From an uncultured delta proteobacterium (GTDB lineage: Bacteria; Desulfobacterota; Binatia; JACPRU01): a DNA stretch of 64,000 nucleotides. The translations under genes were made by a program, and so were the position numbers. Each line of letters begins with the position of its first letter. The stretch's first letter is position 1. The stretch lies in the NCBI GenBank assembly GCA_963745025.1, contig CAVUWD010000016.1, positions 832,001-896,000 on the forward strand, read 5' to 3'. Positions 39,114-49,131 of this stretch are shown in pieces. The notes under the pieces were generated by a model. It saw only the letters and a list, made by a program, of their open reading frames with translations. It was not told the origin of the DNA and ran no database searches.

Positions 39114-39797
39114 TCACCACACCGGAGGGCAGAAGTAGAATCTGAAGCCACCGCCGATCAGCTGCTGACCGAATCGACGATTACCGTCGCCGAGGTCCAG
39201 GGCCACGTACTCGAGGTAGTTGTACTCGACGAAGGTACTGATCTGGGGTGTCAAGTAATAATCGACCCCGGCGATGCCACCCCAAGCGAGGGAACCGCTG
39301 TTGCCGCCGCCGACGGTAAAAGTTTGGCCGCCCACATGCACATCACTGCTCCCGGTTTCCGCATAATAGGCTCCGATGCTGGGACCGAGGTAGGGCTGAA
39401 ACTTATCGAAGGCGAACCTCAAAATAAAGTTCGTCATAGCCGCTCCGGAGTTAATCATATTGCTATGGTCGGCGATCTCAATCCCATTTTGCTCGATGTG
39501 GGAGCCGGTCGAGAGGCCGTTGTAGAACACGTCTTCTTCAAGGGCGAAGCGATACGGGCCTGTCCCGAAGACGTAGCCGAGCTTGATTCCACCATACCCG
39601 CCAACGTTGTGATCGATATGGAGCGAAGTTCTCCCAACGGAAAAGCTGTCGTCAAAGCTCTGATAGACATTGGCGCCCCCATGCAAAGCCACGTACCCGC
39701 CGGTACCAGGCGCCGGGGTGCCCGCCGGGGTGGCCGCGAATACGGGACTAGCGAGCAGTGCGGCCACGCTGATTAAGGTAACGTAAACGCTTTTCAT
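39114..39797 (-). CDS. Outer-membrane 8-stranded beta-barrel (OmpA-TM/opacity-like) protein
   Basis: Signal peptide; GIKLGY, FQPYLG, AWGGIAGVDY, VEYNY and GGFRFYF. Confidence 0.78.
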   Translation of the reverse strand: MKSVYVTLISVAALLASPVFAATPAGTPAPGTGGYVALHGGANVYQSFDDSFSVGRTSLHIDHNVGGYGGIKLGYVFGTGPYRFALEEDVFYNGLSTGSHIEQNGIEIADHSNMINSGAAMTNFILRFAFDKFQPYLGPSIGAYYAETGSSDVHVGGQTFTVGGGNSGSLAWGGIAGVDYYLTPQISTFVEYNYLEYVALDLGDGNRRFGQQLIGGGFRFYFCPPVW

Positions 39798-39841
39798 TTT
39801 TGTTCTCCCAATCTCGTAGCGTTGCGGCAGTGACGCGATGC

Positions 39842-40315
39842 TCACGGCCGATGCTCGGCGAAGACCTCGAGCTTACCGTCCTTCTGCACGGCGAGGACCG
39901 AATAGGCCTGCGGGTTCGGGCCGTCCATGCCGGGTGATCCGATCGGCATTCCCGGAACGGCGAGCCCGGAGATATCCGGATGCTCGGCGAGCAGACGAGA
40001 GATGTCTTCCGGCGGTACGTGTCCCTCTATGAAGTAGCCGCCGACGACGGCGGTATGGCAAGACTCGGCCTCGGACGGGACGCCAAGTTTGCGCTTCACT
40101 GAATTCATACCCAGGACGTTCGAAACGGCCACCTTGTAGCCTCGGCTCCGCACGTAGTCAACCCACCTCTGGCAACAACCGCACATTGGCGGCCTGTAGA
40201 CCTGGATGACCTGCGGATCGGCTTCGGTTGGATGGGCGTGAGGCGTGACACAGCCCGCGAGGACCAGTCCCCCGATAGCTGAGAGGACCATCGCCAAGTG
40301 CCTCATCGGATTCAT
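39842..40315 (-). CDS. DUF411 family metal-binding periplasmic protein
   Basis: CGCC..W, SCHTA..YFIEGHVP and GLAVPGMPIGSPGM. Confidence 0.9.
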   Translation of the reverse strand: MNPMRHLAMVLSAIGGLVLAGCVTPHAHPTEADPQVIQVYRPPMCGCCQRWVDYVRSRGYKVAVSNVLGMNSVKRKLGVPSEAESCHTAVVGGYFIEGHVPPEDISRLLAEHPDISGLAVPGMPIGSPGMDGPNPQAYSVLAVQKDGKLEVFAEHRP

Positions 40316-40633
40316 TATCAAAACCGGACGGGGCCGGGTCAACGAAGTCTTATGGGTCTTGGACGTGAACGCAAGGGGGTATGTTACATGCCGTTAAAAT
40401 CCGCGAACCGAGTTCGAGACGCGGCGTAGCTTGCCGGCGCCCTCGAACGCGCGGAGCACGGAGATCGATTCCGCTCGACTACCGTCGGTGTCGTGAACGC
40501 CCAGCCCTCGACGGCGTCCGTGACGGTGGCGTCGAACTGGGCTGCCGGCTCTTGGGATTCAGACCTGCACACGGGGGTCCGAGACGAGGCTCTCCGCGAT
40601 CATCAGATCGTGCGGCTCGTCACCGGCTATTCG

Positions 40634-40781
40634 CCCGATTGAAAGGCTTCCGCGATATGAAGCGGCTCATCGCCGCTCTCGATGGCCTCGATACCAACTC
40701 AGGAGTGCAACAGAGGAAACAAGTCGCCTAAAAACTGCGACCCAGGAACCGCCACCGTTCAAACAGCGAACGGGACATCCC
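40634..40781 (+). mobile_element. IS256-family right-end remnant
   Basis: RLKGFRDMKRLIAAL..VA* followed by TTCAAACAGCGAACGGGACATCCC. Confidence 0.7.
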
Positions 40782-40816
40782 CGGGCGATGCTTCTAAGAT
40801 TCCTTGATCCCAACTA

Positions 40817-41393
40817 CACTTCAATTGCAGCCTTGGTTATTTTCCGTCCTGACACAGGTTTTACCACCGGGGCTCTTATAGACGCCCTTCCCGTCTTTAG
40901 TTTTGGCTTCTCCCCCCCTACTCGACTTCCTCGTCGTGACCCCAGCGTCGTTCTTCTCTGACGACACGTCGACATCAGTTCTGTCACGACGCGTCCTAAC
41001 GCGCTCAGCGAACACGTTCGAAGAAAACACCATCACCATCAGTAGTATCACCGAAATTCGCATGACGACCTCCTTCTGTTGGGCCTGTTGGGCGACGCAC
41101 CGTGCTCAACCCCTTCTCAAACCGTCGAATCGCGGAACCGCGTCGACGCAACCCCCCGCTACTATGCCCGCACCCCCGCTCCGCGCAAGGCTTCTGCGTA
41201 CCCATGCGGAGACCCGCATGGGGCGCGGATTTTCGGTGCGGAGAGACCGGCGTCGCGGCAACGACGTTGCTCAAACACTACGGCAAGTTGATTCACACGC
41301 TCGACGCGGACCGCGCCGAGCTTTCGAGGATCGGGGGTGAAGGCGGTATAGATTGCCCAACCATTATGTAACTTTTCAGGTCCTTGTGGCCGC
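40817..41393. repeat. Direct duplication, copy 2
   Basis: Aligns to 34981-35723; both copies end with TTTCAGGTCCTTGTGGCCGC. Confidence 0.9.
40821..41063 (-). CDS. Small secreted hypothetical protein, copy 2
   Basis: Differs from the 34985-35227 product at only a few residues. Confidence 0.7.
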   Translation of the reverse strand: MRISVILLMVMVFSSNVFAERVRTRRDRTDVDVSSEKNDAGVTTRKSSRGGEAKTKDGKGVYKSPGGKTCVRTENNQGCN

Positions 41394-41599
41394 CTTCCCC
41401 ATGTGGCCTGCGCACCCGCTCCTTGAATCCCCGTAACCAGCAGGTCTATGCGTGCTAGCACGATCCCCGAAGGTCGGACAAAATGGATCTGCGACGAGGC
41501 AACCACTTTGAGAACATGAGGAGAAGTCGCGTGCCATTCGATGAGTTGAGCAAGACATGCGGCACCGACCTGACGATCGCGCGCGCCATGAGGACACCT

Positions 41600-42454
41600 A
41601 TGAAGACGAAACGACACCTGATGATACCTGCGACGCTGTGTGTGGTGGTCTTCGCGGTAACGATCGTCTCGGCTGAGAACCAGGCGGTGACGCGTCCGGA
41701 GCCTGCGGCAACCAAGGCTCCGGCGACGCAAGCGGCGGTCGAACCAGAGGCTAGGGATATCCTCGTGCGTATGGCCGAATTCCTGGCGAAGACCCCGCGG
41801 TTCAGCGTGAACATCAGGTCTAACTACGACGTGCTCCAAGAATCCGGGCAGATGATCGAATTCGCAGAAACCCGCAGCATCACCCTGAGCCGGCCCAACG
41901 GGCTGCGCGTCGAGGTCGAGCAGAGCGACGGCGACAAGCAGCTCGTGCTGTACGACGGCAAGCAAATCACCGCGTTCAGCTCGTCTCAGAACGTCTATGC
42001 GCAAGTTTCCAAACCCGGTGATATCGATTCGGCGGTCATGTATTTTGTAAAGGATCTCCACATGAGGCTGCCGCTCGCCGGGATCGTGCTCAGCCGGTTT
42101 CCTGCCGAGATCGAGCGCCGAACTCGGTCGCTCGACTATGTCGAAAGGACTTTGATGGATGGGAAACCGGCCCATCATCTGGCGGGACGCACCGCGACCG
42201 TGGACTATCAGTTTTGGATCGCGGACGGTCCGCAGCCTTTGTTGCTTCGTGCGGTCTTGACCTACAAGAATGCAGAAGGCGACCCCCAGTTCCGGGCCCA
42301 GCTCTCCGACTGGAACCTTGCGCCCGAGATTCGGGACACCGAGTTTGTCTTCGCCCCCCCCCAAGGAGTGCGGAAAATCGCCTTCGTCGCGCAGCTGCCT
42401 CAAACAGCCTCCGACAAGACGACAGAGGCGGAGAAAACCGGAGCGCAGAAATGA
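41600..42454 (+). CDS. DUF2092 periplasmic protein (LolA-like fold)
   Basis: Signal peptide; ILVRMAEFL, LSRPNGLR, LYDGK, HHLAGR..VDYQFWI and PQFRA..WNL. Confidence 0.85.
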   Translation: MKTKRHLMIPATLCVVVFAVTIVSAENQAVTRPEPAATKAPATQAAVEPEARDILVRMAEFLAKTPRFSVNIRSNYDVLQESGQMIEFAETRSITLSRPNGLRVEVEQSDGDKQLVLYDGKQITAFSSSQNVYAQVSKPGDIDSAVMYFVKDLHMRLPLAGIVLSRFPAEIERRTRSLDYVERTLMDGKPAHHLAGRTATVDYQFWIADGPQPLLLRAVLTYKNAEGDPQFRAQLSDWNLAPEIRDTEFVFAPPQGVRKIAFVAQLPQTASDKTTEAEKTGAQK

Positions 42455-43233
42455 CCACCAGAGCTTCTTTGATCGTGACCGCGATTGCGGTCACATTGCT
42501 TTTCCTGATGGGAACCGTGAATGACGCAAGCGCTCGCGGAGGCGGCGGTGGTCGGGGCGGCGGTGGCCGAAGCGGGGGCGGTGGCGGGGGTGGCGGTTAT
42601 TCTCGCAGCGGCCCCGCCTCGAGCGGCAGCCTCTCGTCCAGCGCGAGCTCGGCCTCCTCGCAAAGGTCGGCGCAGCGCTCTCAGACTGCGTCCGCTAACC
42701 AGCAAGCGCGATCGTCCGACCGACAACAACAGCAACAATCGATGCAGCAGGGCCGACAAGAGCAGCAACAGCAAGCCCAGCAGGCGCGCTCGGAGCAGCA
42801 GCAGGACCGCCAGTCGACCTCTTCTCAGAATCAGGCGCAGCGGCAGCAATACTCGAATGAAAACGCCGAAGCCCGCCAGCAGACCGCCAACGAACGGCAG
42901 GACAATCGGCAAGATTACGCGGAGGACCACTATCACGGCGGGGCGTACTATCATGATTACGACGACGACTGGGACGATGGCGAAGTCGCGGCCGTGGCGC
43001 TCGGCGCAGCGGCGGTCGGCGCCGTGGGCGGCTATGCCGCCGGCCAGTCATCGGCCACTCAGACCACGACCTCGACGGTCGCTTACGTGCAGGACTCCGC
43101 CCTGCCCTGCAGCAATCCAAACGTGACCGAAATCCAGGGCGTCACCTACTATCAGTGCGGCTCCACCTGGTACACCCAGGCTTACGGAAACACCGGTGTC
43201 ATTTACATGCCCGTACCCCGGCCTTCGGAATAA
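42451..43233 (+). CDS. Secreted low-complexity (Gly/Ser/Gln-rich) protein with conserved YYQCGSTWY C-terminal domain
   Basis: Signal peptide ending ASA, RGGGG run, Q-rich region and LPC..GVTYYQCGSTWY; start overlaps the DUF2092 stop (ATGA). Confidence 0.75.
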   Translation: MTTRASLIVTAIAVTLLFLMGTVNDASARGGGGGRGGGGRSGGGGGGGGYSRSGPASSGSLSSSASSASSQRSAQRSQTASANQQARSSDRQQQQQSMQQGRQEQQQQAQQARSEQQQDRQSTSSQNQAQRQQYSNENAEARQQTANERQDNRQDYAEDHYHGGAYYHDYDDDWDDGEVAAVALGAAAVGAVGGYAAGQSSATQTTTSTVAYVQDSALPCSNPNVTEIQGVTYYQCGSTWYTQAYGNTGVIYMPVPRPSE

Positions 43234-43570
43234 TTGCGCGGTGGTACAGGGTCGGGTGATCCCTCCCTTCTCTGGAAGAGTGGTCGAAGGCCGGTTCACT
43301 GCTGATGCCGCGCGCGGGGTTCGCTCTTGCATCTTGATCAGAATCCAAGAAGCAAGACGCTGGAAAATCTGGGCATTCGATGGCCGACGGCGTCGTCGGC
43401 GTAGACCTGCCGCCCGATGGCATCGATCGCCACGATCCCCACGGGGACGCCCTCGACGAGCGTTGCGGGGAGATGTCTACCGAGGCGCAGCCCGGCCTGA
43501 AACGAGTCGCGCCGGAGAGTAGGAGTTCCTGGAGGCGCATCCCAGGGCTCCCTGCTCCCCGGCGCGGGGG

Positions 43571-44521
43571 TCACTTCTTGATTTTCAAGCTCATCCCAGA
43601 AGCGGCCAACGCGAATTTCAAGCCTTGGGTCGTGGACAGAATGTTTATGACCACGCCGTTCTGGTTCTGCATGGCGGTCGCGGAGCCACCTCCCGCTATC
43701 GTGATTCCGGCGGTCGCGGCTGTGTAGTTGCCGTCGAAGTCAGCAAGCTTGCCCAGGTGGTAGACGCTGCCAGACGCCTCTATCTTGGAAGCGCCCACGT
43801 CCGCGATGGAGAGACCCGACAGCTCGACCGGGTAGGTTTTGCCGTTATAGGTAAGAGTGCCTCCACCCCACGTGTACCCGATTCCGACGGCCACAGAGCC
43901 GCCGCTCAGTTCGAGCGTCGCATCGGGGCTGTTCGCGTCGGTCACGGAGATTGCCAGCGCGCGGGTATAGGTGATCTGGACCTGGTCGCCGACGCTGACG
44001 GCGTCGAGCTTCTTCGGGTCCCTGATCTTCACGCTGACCTTGTTGCCTTCGGGCCCCTTCAACGTGACCCTCGAGTTGGCCTTGTCGATCGCGTCGATCG
44101 TCGCCGTCGCGGACGTGACCTCGGCGACAGCGCCGCCTGGCTTCTCGCCAGCCTTCGCTCTCTCGGCAGCCACCACGTTTTTCGCGGGCGGCATTTCCGT
44201 CCCAGCTTTGTACACGTCGGCGGCGATCGCCTCGTGATACGTCGCCACCACCCGGTCGCCCTTCTTGAGCTGCGGCAAGTTCCGCACCTCCTTGGAAACC
44301 GCGAGCTCGGTGACCGTTCCGTTCTCGCCCTTCAGGGTGACGATCCTCTTCTCGAGGTCGACTGCCTCGACTGTCGACGTCACGGTGACGGTTCCGGACA
44401 CTTTCCCGCTGGTGACGTAGCCCGACGACGCTGGCTCCTCCGCGATCGCCTTGGCCGCGAACCCGGCGACCGCAGCGACGATGGCCGCCAGTGCGACGCT
44501 CCTTCCGATCGTTATCTTCAT
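43571..44521 (-). CDS. Secreted protein: two beta-rich repeats fused to a DUF1134/EipA-like C-terminal domain
   Basis: TVEAVDLEKRIVTLKG and TIDAIDKANSRVTLKG repeats; GGSVAVGIGYTWGGGTL..DFDGNY..MQNQNGVVI. Confidence 0.75.
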   Translation of the reverse strand: MKITIGRSVALAAIVAAVAGFAAKAIAEEPASSGYVTSGKVSGTVTVTSTVEAVDLEKRIVTLKGENGTVTELAVSKEVRNLPQLKKGDRVVATYHEAIAADVYKAGTEMPPAKNVVAAERAKAGEKPGGAVAEVTSATATIDAIDKANSRVTLKGPEGNKVSVKIRDPKKLDAVSVGDQVQITYTRALAISVTDANSPDATLELSGGSVAVGIGYTWGGGTLTYNGKTYPVELSGLSIADVGASKIEASGSVYHLGKLADFDGNYTAATAGITIAGGGSATAMQNQNGVVINILSTTQGLKFALAASGMSLKIKK

Positions 44522-44743
44522 TCGTTTCCTCCTCGTGAGCTGAGTGGATTCTCGCTCGTTGCTCCCCGGTTACTATCGGTTCTCATGAAATCTTCAACTG
44601 GGCATCCGGGGAGGACCGAAGCAAAAGCGGAATCGTGCAACGCCGCCGCGACCTTCCGGCCGGTGCCCGGTGCGACTCGATCGGTCTTCGCGAGCGTCGG
44701 CGGCCGGGTTCGAGGGTGCCCCAGGGAGCCTCGAAAGGGGTGG

Positions 44744-44764
44744 ATTGTCCCACCGTGGGACAAT
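44744..44764. promoter_or_regulatory. Perfect palindrome, candidate transcription-factor site
   Basis: ATTGTCCCAC-C-GTGGGACAAT, about 220 bp upstream of the 44521 start. Confidence 0.5.
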
Positions 44765-44901
44765 TTAGGGTGCCCACCCAGCCCTTTAGCCTGTGTTAGG
44801 TCGCGCGGCTTACCCCGGGGAACATGCGTGTCCACAAAGGCGACTCAGAAAGCAACGAAAACAAGCTTGCCGTGCTCGAGGTCGCCGAGCAGTTCTCGCG
44901 G

Positions 44902-45213
44902 TGTGACGTTCCCTCTCGCCGAGGGCGAGACGGCGATCGCCGCCACGTGCGAGCTCGGCTACCACACGCTGCCCCTGCGCGACGCCGGCCTGCCGCACAC
45001 GGCCGAGGCGCGATGTGCAAGTGGCGGGGCTCGAAGACGGCGGTCGACGTCATCCACCAGTGTCTACTGACACACGGCCACTACGGCTGGTCGCTGGATC
45101 CTCCTCACCAGCAGCGGCTTCGCGACGTCATGGGCATCGAGATCGGCGACGGCACGGCGCAGATCATGAAGATGATCATCGCGCGGAGCCGCCTCGCGGC
45201 GGCCGGATCGTGA
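44902..45213 (+). pseudogene. Acyl-CoA dehydrogenase C-terminal fragment (cyclohexanecarboxyl-CoA dehydrogenase-like)
   Basis: VTFPLAE..LRDAGLPHTAE..MCKW..IHQCLLTHGHYG..QQRLRDVMGIEIGDGTAQIMK. Confidence 0.8.
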
Positions 45214-45490
45214 GCATGGGAGCGGGCGCGGCTCCAGTGTCGGGCCGACGCGCCCCGTGTAGTCTGTCATCGCCGCCGGGGCTGGTCCTTTCGCTGCGGG
45301 CCAGATAAGCTCCGGCGAACACCGATTCCAGCTACGGCCTACGGGGCCGCGAGGATGGCGCGGCTCGGGCCCGTGAGGCCTGAAGTCCGGAGCCCGACGT
45401 CTGAAGTCGTCGGCCGCGCCACGATAACTTGCTTCATTCGTTGAAGTTGGTTACGGAAGAAGTCCGACAATCAGGACGAAAGGACGCGCC

Positions 45491-46129
45491 ATGCGCCGGT
45501 ACGCCGTGGAATTCATCGGGACGTTCTTTCTCGTGTTGACAATCGGCTGCACGGGGCTCGCAGCGGCTCCGGGCGTGATTGCTCCGCTGGCCATAGGGTC
45601 CGTGCTGATGGCGATGATCTACGCGGGCGGCCACATCTCGGGCGCCCATTACAACCCGGCAGTCACGCTCGGGGTGTTCCTGCGGGGGCGGTGTCCTGCC
45701 TCGGACGTGCTGCCATACTGGGGGGCGCAACTGCTCGGTGCCGCCGGTGCGGCCTGGATCGTCGGCTTCGCCCTTCGGGGCGCGCCGGTGAGTCCATTCC
45801 ATGCCCCCGTATTTGGGGCGTTTCTGGCCGAGTTCCTTTTCACGTTTGCGCTGGTGTACGTCGTGTTGAACGTGGCCACGGCCGACGCAACAGACGGGAA
45901 TTCCTACTTCGGTCTCGCTATCGGCTTCACGGTCCTGGCTGGCGCATTCGCCGTCGGCCAGGTGTCGGGAGCGGCCTTCAACCCGGCCGTCGCCATCGGC
46001 GCCTCGATCCGGGGCCTGCTCCCGTGGTCCAACTTGTGGCTCTACATCGTTGCGGAACTGCTGGGAGGGGCCGCGGCGGCGTTCGTCTTCAAAGCGCTCA
46101 ACCCAACCAGCCGGCCCGGGACCGCATAG
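45491..46129 (+). CDS. Aquaporin / MIP channel
   Basis: EFIGTFFL, HISGAHYNPAVT and SGAAFNPAV (two NPA motifs). Confidence 0.95.
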   Translation: MRRYAVEFIGTFFLVLTIGCTGLAAAPGVIAPLAIGSVLMAMIYAGGHISGAHYNPAVTLGVFLRGRCPASDVLPYWGAQLLGAAGAAWIVGFALRGAPVSPFHAPVFGAFLAEFLFTFALVYVVLNVATADATDGNSYFGLAIGFTVLAGAFAVGQVSGAAFNPAVAIGASIRGLLPWSNLWLYIVAELLGGAAAAFVFKALNPTSRPGTA

Positions 46130-46226
46130 TACCGGGCAGCAGCCCGGCAAGTCCCGGGGGGGCAGCATTGCCGGCAAAGCGGGCGTAGAGCGGTAGAGTG
46201 GCGGTGCTGGTGTGGGAGATCCGGCC

Positions 46227-46330
46227 CACCAAGCGCAACTGCCTGCGGCTCTACTACTACTTCATGGACCGCCAGCTCGGTCGAATCCACGTGAAGATCC
46301 AGACCTGGTTCCCGTTCCCGATCCAGGTCC
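46227..46330 (+). pseudogene. Second fragment of the SCFDR-type putative transposase
   Basis: KRNCLRLYYYFMDRQLGRIHVKIQTWFPFPIQV, near-identical to ~21520-21620. Confidence 0.75.
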
Positions 46331-46339
46331 ATCGGAGCT

Positions 46340-46790
46340 CGTGAACGTCCGCCATCATCGGCCGTGACAGAATCGTGACAATGACGAGCGCGAGTATGAT
46401 CAGCCAGGGAACCCAATGTTCGCGCAGACGAGCCACATCGCGACGCACCGCTTCGTAGCGCGACCGTGCCGATTCGTCGAGGAGACCGACGTGATGAAGT
46501 ACGGAATGACGCGGTTCAGCATCGTCTGGGTCGTCGCATCCGCGATCACCAGCAGCGAGATCGCGACGAGACTACGCACGTGCACCCCGAAGTGCTCGAA
46601 GAGCGGCTCGGCGACGGTGTAACCGAGGGCCCGACCCGTTGCAATCGCCCAGACGACCAGCGGCAACCAGCTGATCCCGCGATCAGAACCGCCCGCCGGA
46701 CGACTCCGAGCCCACCGTAATGCCCGACCGCCCGCTGCAGCCGGAACAGCGGGTCCCCGCGAATCAGGAAAAAGGCCAAGGGCGCGTCGT
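46340..46790 (-). pseudogene. Membrane protein N-terminal fragment (frameshifted)
   Basis: FFLIRGDPLFRLQRAVG..LPLVVWAI..EPLFEHFGVHVRSLVAISLLVIA. Confidence 0.5.
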
Positions 46791-46882
46791 CGTGATTCGG
46801 TTCACCATTCCCGTTCGGCTTGCCGATCGAAGCGCTCCGGTGCTAGCAGGTTTCGTACGACCGATCCAAACGGGAGGATCCC

Positions 46883-47458
46883 ATGGGCGAGCCACGTCCG
46901 GCCTTCGCTAGCATCACTCAGGGAAGTCACGTTCTTGGCCTCTCGTTGATCGGCCTGGGCATCCTCTCGGCTCTCGCGCCCGCGATCGCCGGCGCGCCCA
47001 TGATCATCTTGGTGGGGCTGCTGGTCACCATCGCGGGCATAGTCCGCGGCGTGTTCGGCTGGCGCGCCTGGTCGGAAGGCAAGGGACCGATGGGTCTCGT
47101 GGTCGGAGGCCTTGCCATCGCCTGCGGGCTCGCTCTCGCTTTCAACCCGGTATCGACGCTCGGCGCGGTGTCTTCGCTGGTGGCGGTTTACATGGTCGTG
47201 GACGGGATCTCCGAGCTACTGTTTTCATTGCGGCTCGATGAAAGCGAGGGGCGCGCCTGGATGCTGGGCGATGCGCTGCTGTCCGTCGGCCTCGGCATCT
47301 CGATGTGGGTCGGCTGGCCGCTCTCGGGCCTGCGTGCGCTCGGGATCCTCATCGGTGTGAAGCTCGCATCCGCTGGCGTGGTCTTGCTCAGGGTCGAGCA
47401 GGCCATGCGGCGTCTCGGTGCGGGCGTCGCCGCGCTCCGCTCGCGCGCGGGGGGCTAG
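46883..47458 (+). CDS. HdeD/DUF308 family membrane protein
   Basis: Six TM segments with G..L..AG patterns and WPLSGLRALGILIGVKL. Confidence 0.8.
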   Translation: MGEPRPAFASITQGSHVLGLSLIGLGILSALAPAIAGAPMIILVGLLVTIAGIVRGVFGWRAWSEGKGPMGLVVGGLAIACGLALAFNPVSTLGAVSSLVAVYMVVDGISELLFSLRLDESEGRAWMLGDALLSVGLGISMWVGWPLSGLRALGILIGVKLASAGVVLLRVEQAMRRLGAGVAALRSRAGG

Positions 47459-47619
47459 CGATTCCACGGGACGACTGGCCTTTCCCTCGTCAATTCGGTG
47501 CGGCGCTGAGTGATGCGCCATAGCATCGAAGTTCGACTGCCCAACTGCCCGGACAATGAGATCTTACGATTTTCCCAGCAGTTGACAGACGAGACCCCGC
47601 GCATGGAATTATCGCCGCC

Positions 47620-48987
47620 GTGTGCGCTCTGGTCGCCGTCGTGGCCCAGGCGGTCGCGGCGGATGAGCCCGTCGAAGCGACTCCGACGCCGGTCGTCGAT
47701 GCGCCGCCCGTCAAAGCCGAGGCGGAGCTCGAGGAGCATCGCGCGCAGCCCGAGAGCGCCGAGGAGGAGGCGGCGGGGAATGCGAGCCCGTCCGGCCCTT
47801 TTGACTTTCGGGTCTACTGGAAACATGGGCTCAACTACGTAGCCCTCCGGCGCGTCCACCTCGAGAGGATAAAAAGGCCCGCCCTCGATGGAACGGTGGG
47901 ACTGAACGGTCGCATCGGGGTCAAGCTCGGTGTCGACACCGCGGGGTACCTCGAGCACGGCTCGCTGCCGGAGCTCGGCACGCGATTCAACCTGCGCCGC
48001 ATCTTCCTCTATACCACCGGCGAGTTCCATCTGCTGTTGCCGATTCTCTTCAAGTTCGATCTCGGCGGCATCGGCGATTCGCTCTATTTCAGCGATTTCT
48101 ACCTCTGGCTTCAGGACGTGCCGTACGTGGGCACGATCAAGCTCGGCCAGTTCGATGCGCCGATGTCGCTCGAGACTCTGACCGGCAGCACCAACCAGAC
48201 CTTCATGGAGTACGGCTCGCCCGTCGAAGCGTTCTCCCCGGGCCTGAAGGCCGGCTTGCAGATCGCCGATCATGCGCGCAACCAGCGGGCGACGTGGGCG
48301 CTCGGGCTCTTCACGGAGGGTCAGCAGGTCGACGTCGGCGATGCGAGCCAGACCGTCGCCCGCCTCACCGGGCGGGCCACCTGGTTGGCGCGCCAGCCGC
48401 GCGACGCGGACGACGTGCTGCTGCACTTCGGTGTCAGCGCGAGCTACGTGCTCTCGTCGGGCGATCGTATCCGCTACAGCTCGCGCCCGGAGAGCTTCCT
48501 CGCGCCGAAGGTCGTCGACACCGGGGACCTCGATACCAACAACGCGTTTCCGTTCGGATTCGAGCTCGCCGCCAAGCGCGGCCCGCTGACGATTCAGGCC
48601 GAGTACCTCGCGTCGGTCGTCGATGCCGGTTCCCTCGGGAATGCTTACTTCGACGGCGTCTACGGCTCGGCGAGCTGGTTCCTCACCGGCGAGCAGCGCG
48701 CTTACGACATGGCCACCGGCAAGATGGGTCCACTGGTGCCGGCGAGCGACGTCAGTCTCCGCAAGCGCCAATGGGGCGCCTGGGAACTCGCGGGGCGGGC
48801 GTCTTGGGTCGACCTCACCGACGGGCAGATCCGCGGCGGCGCCATGACCATCTTCACCGCCGGGATCAACTGGTACTGGAACCGTTACATCCGCGTCCTG
48901 TTCGACTCGAGCTACGCGCGCGTCTACGACAGCCCCAACGACGGCCACATGGTGATCCTGCAGAGCCGGTTCCAGCTCGCGTTCTGA
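47620..48987 (+). CDS. OprO/OprP-family (phosphate-selective) porin; start uncertain
   Basis: IKLGQF..MSLE.LT.S..FME, RYSSRPE, QAEY, SWFLTGE.R.Y, GAWELAGR, GINWY and terminal F. Confidence 0.88.
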   Translation: MCALVAVVAQAVAADEPVEATPTPVVDAPPVKAEAELEEHRAQPESAEEEAAGNASPSGPFDFRVYWKHGLNYVALRRVHLERIKRPALDGTVGLNGRIGVKLGVDTAGYLEHGSLPELGTRFNLRRIFLYTTGEFHLLLPILFKFDLGGIGDSLYFSDFYLWLQDVPYVGTIKLGQFDAPMSLETLTGSTNQTFMEYGSPVEAFSPGLKAGLQIADHARNQRATWALGLFTEGQQVDVGDASQTVARLTGRATWLARQPRDADDVLLHFGVSASYVLSSGDRIRYSSRPESFLAPKVVDTGDLDTNNAFPFGFELAAKRGPLTIQAEYLASVVDAGSLGNAYFDGVYGSASWFLTGEQRAYDMATGKMGPLVPASDVSLRKRQWGAWELAGRASWVDLTDGQIRGGAMTIFTAGINWYWNRYIRVLFDSSYARVYDSPNDGHMVILQSRFQLAF

Positions 48988-49131
48988 CGCGCCGCGCTCG
49001 GCGGATCGCCGGTAAACCGCGAAGGGCTGAAATCTACAAAACCTCCGGTCTCGGACGCATCAGCTCCCGCTCTGACGCCCAATTCGACCGCGTGGCGGCG
49101 AGCGCGGAACGACCGCCGGCTGCCGCCGTGC

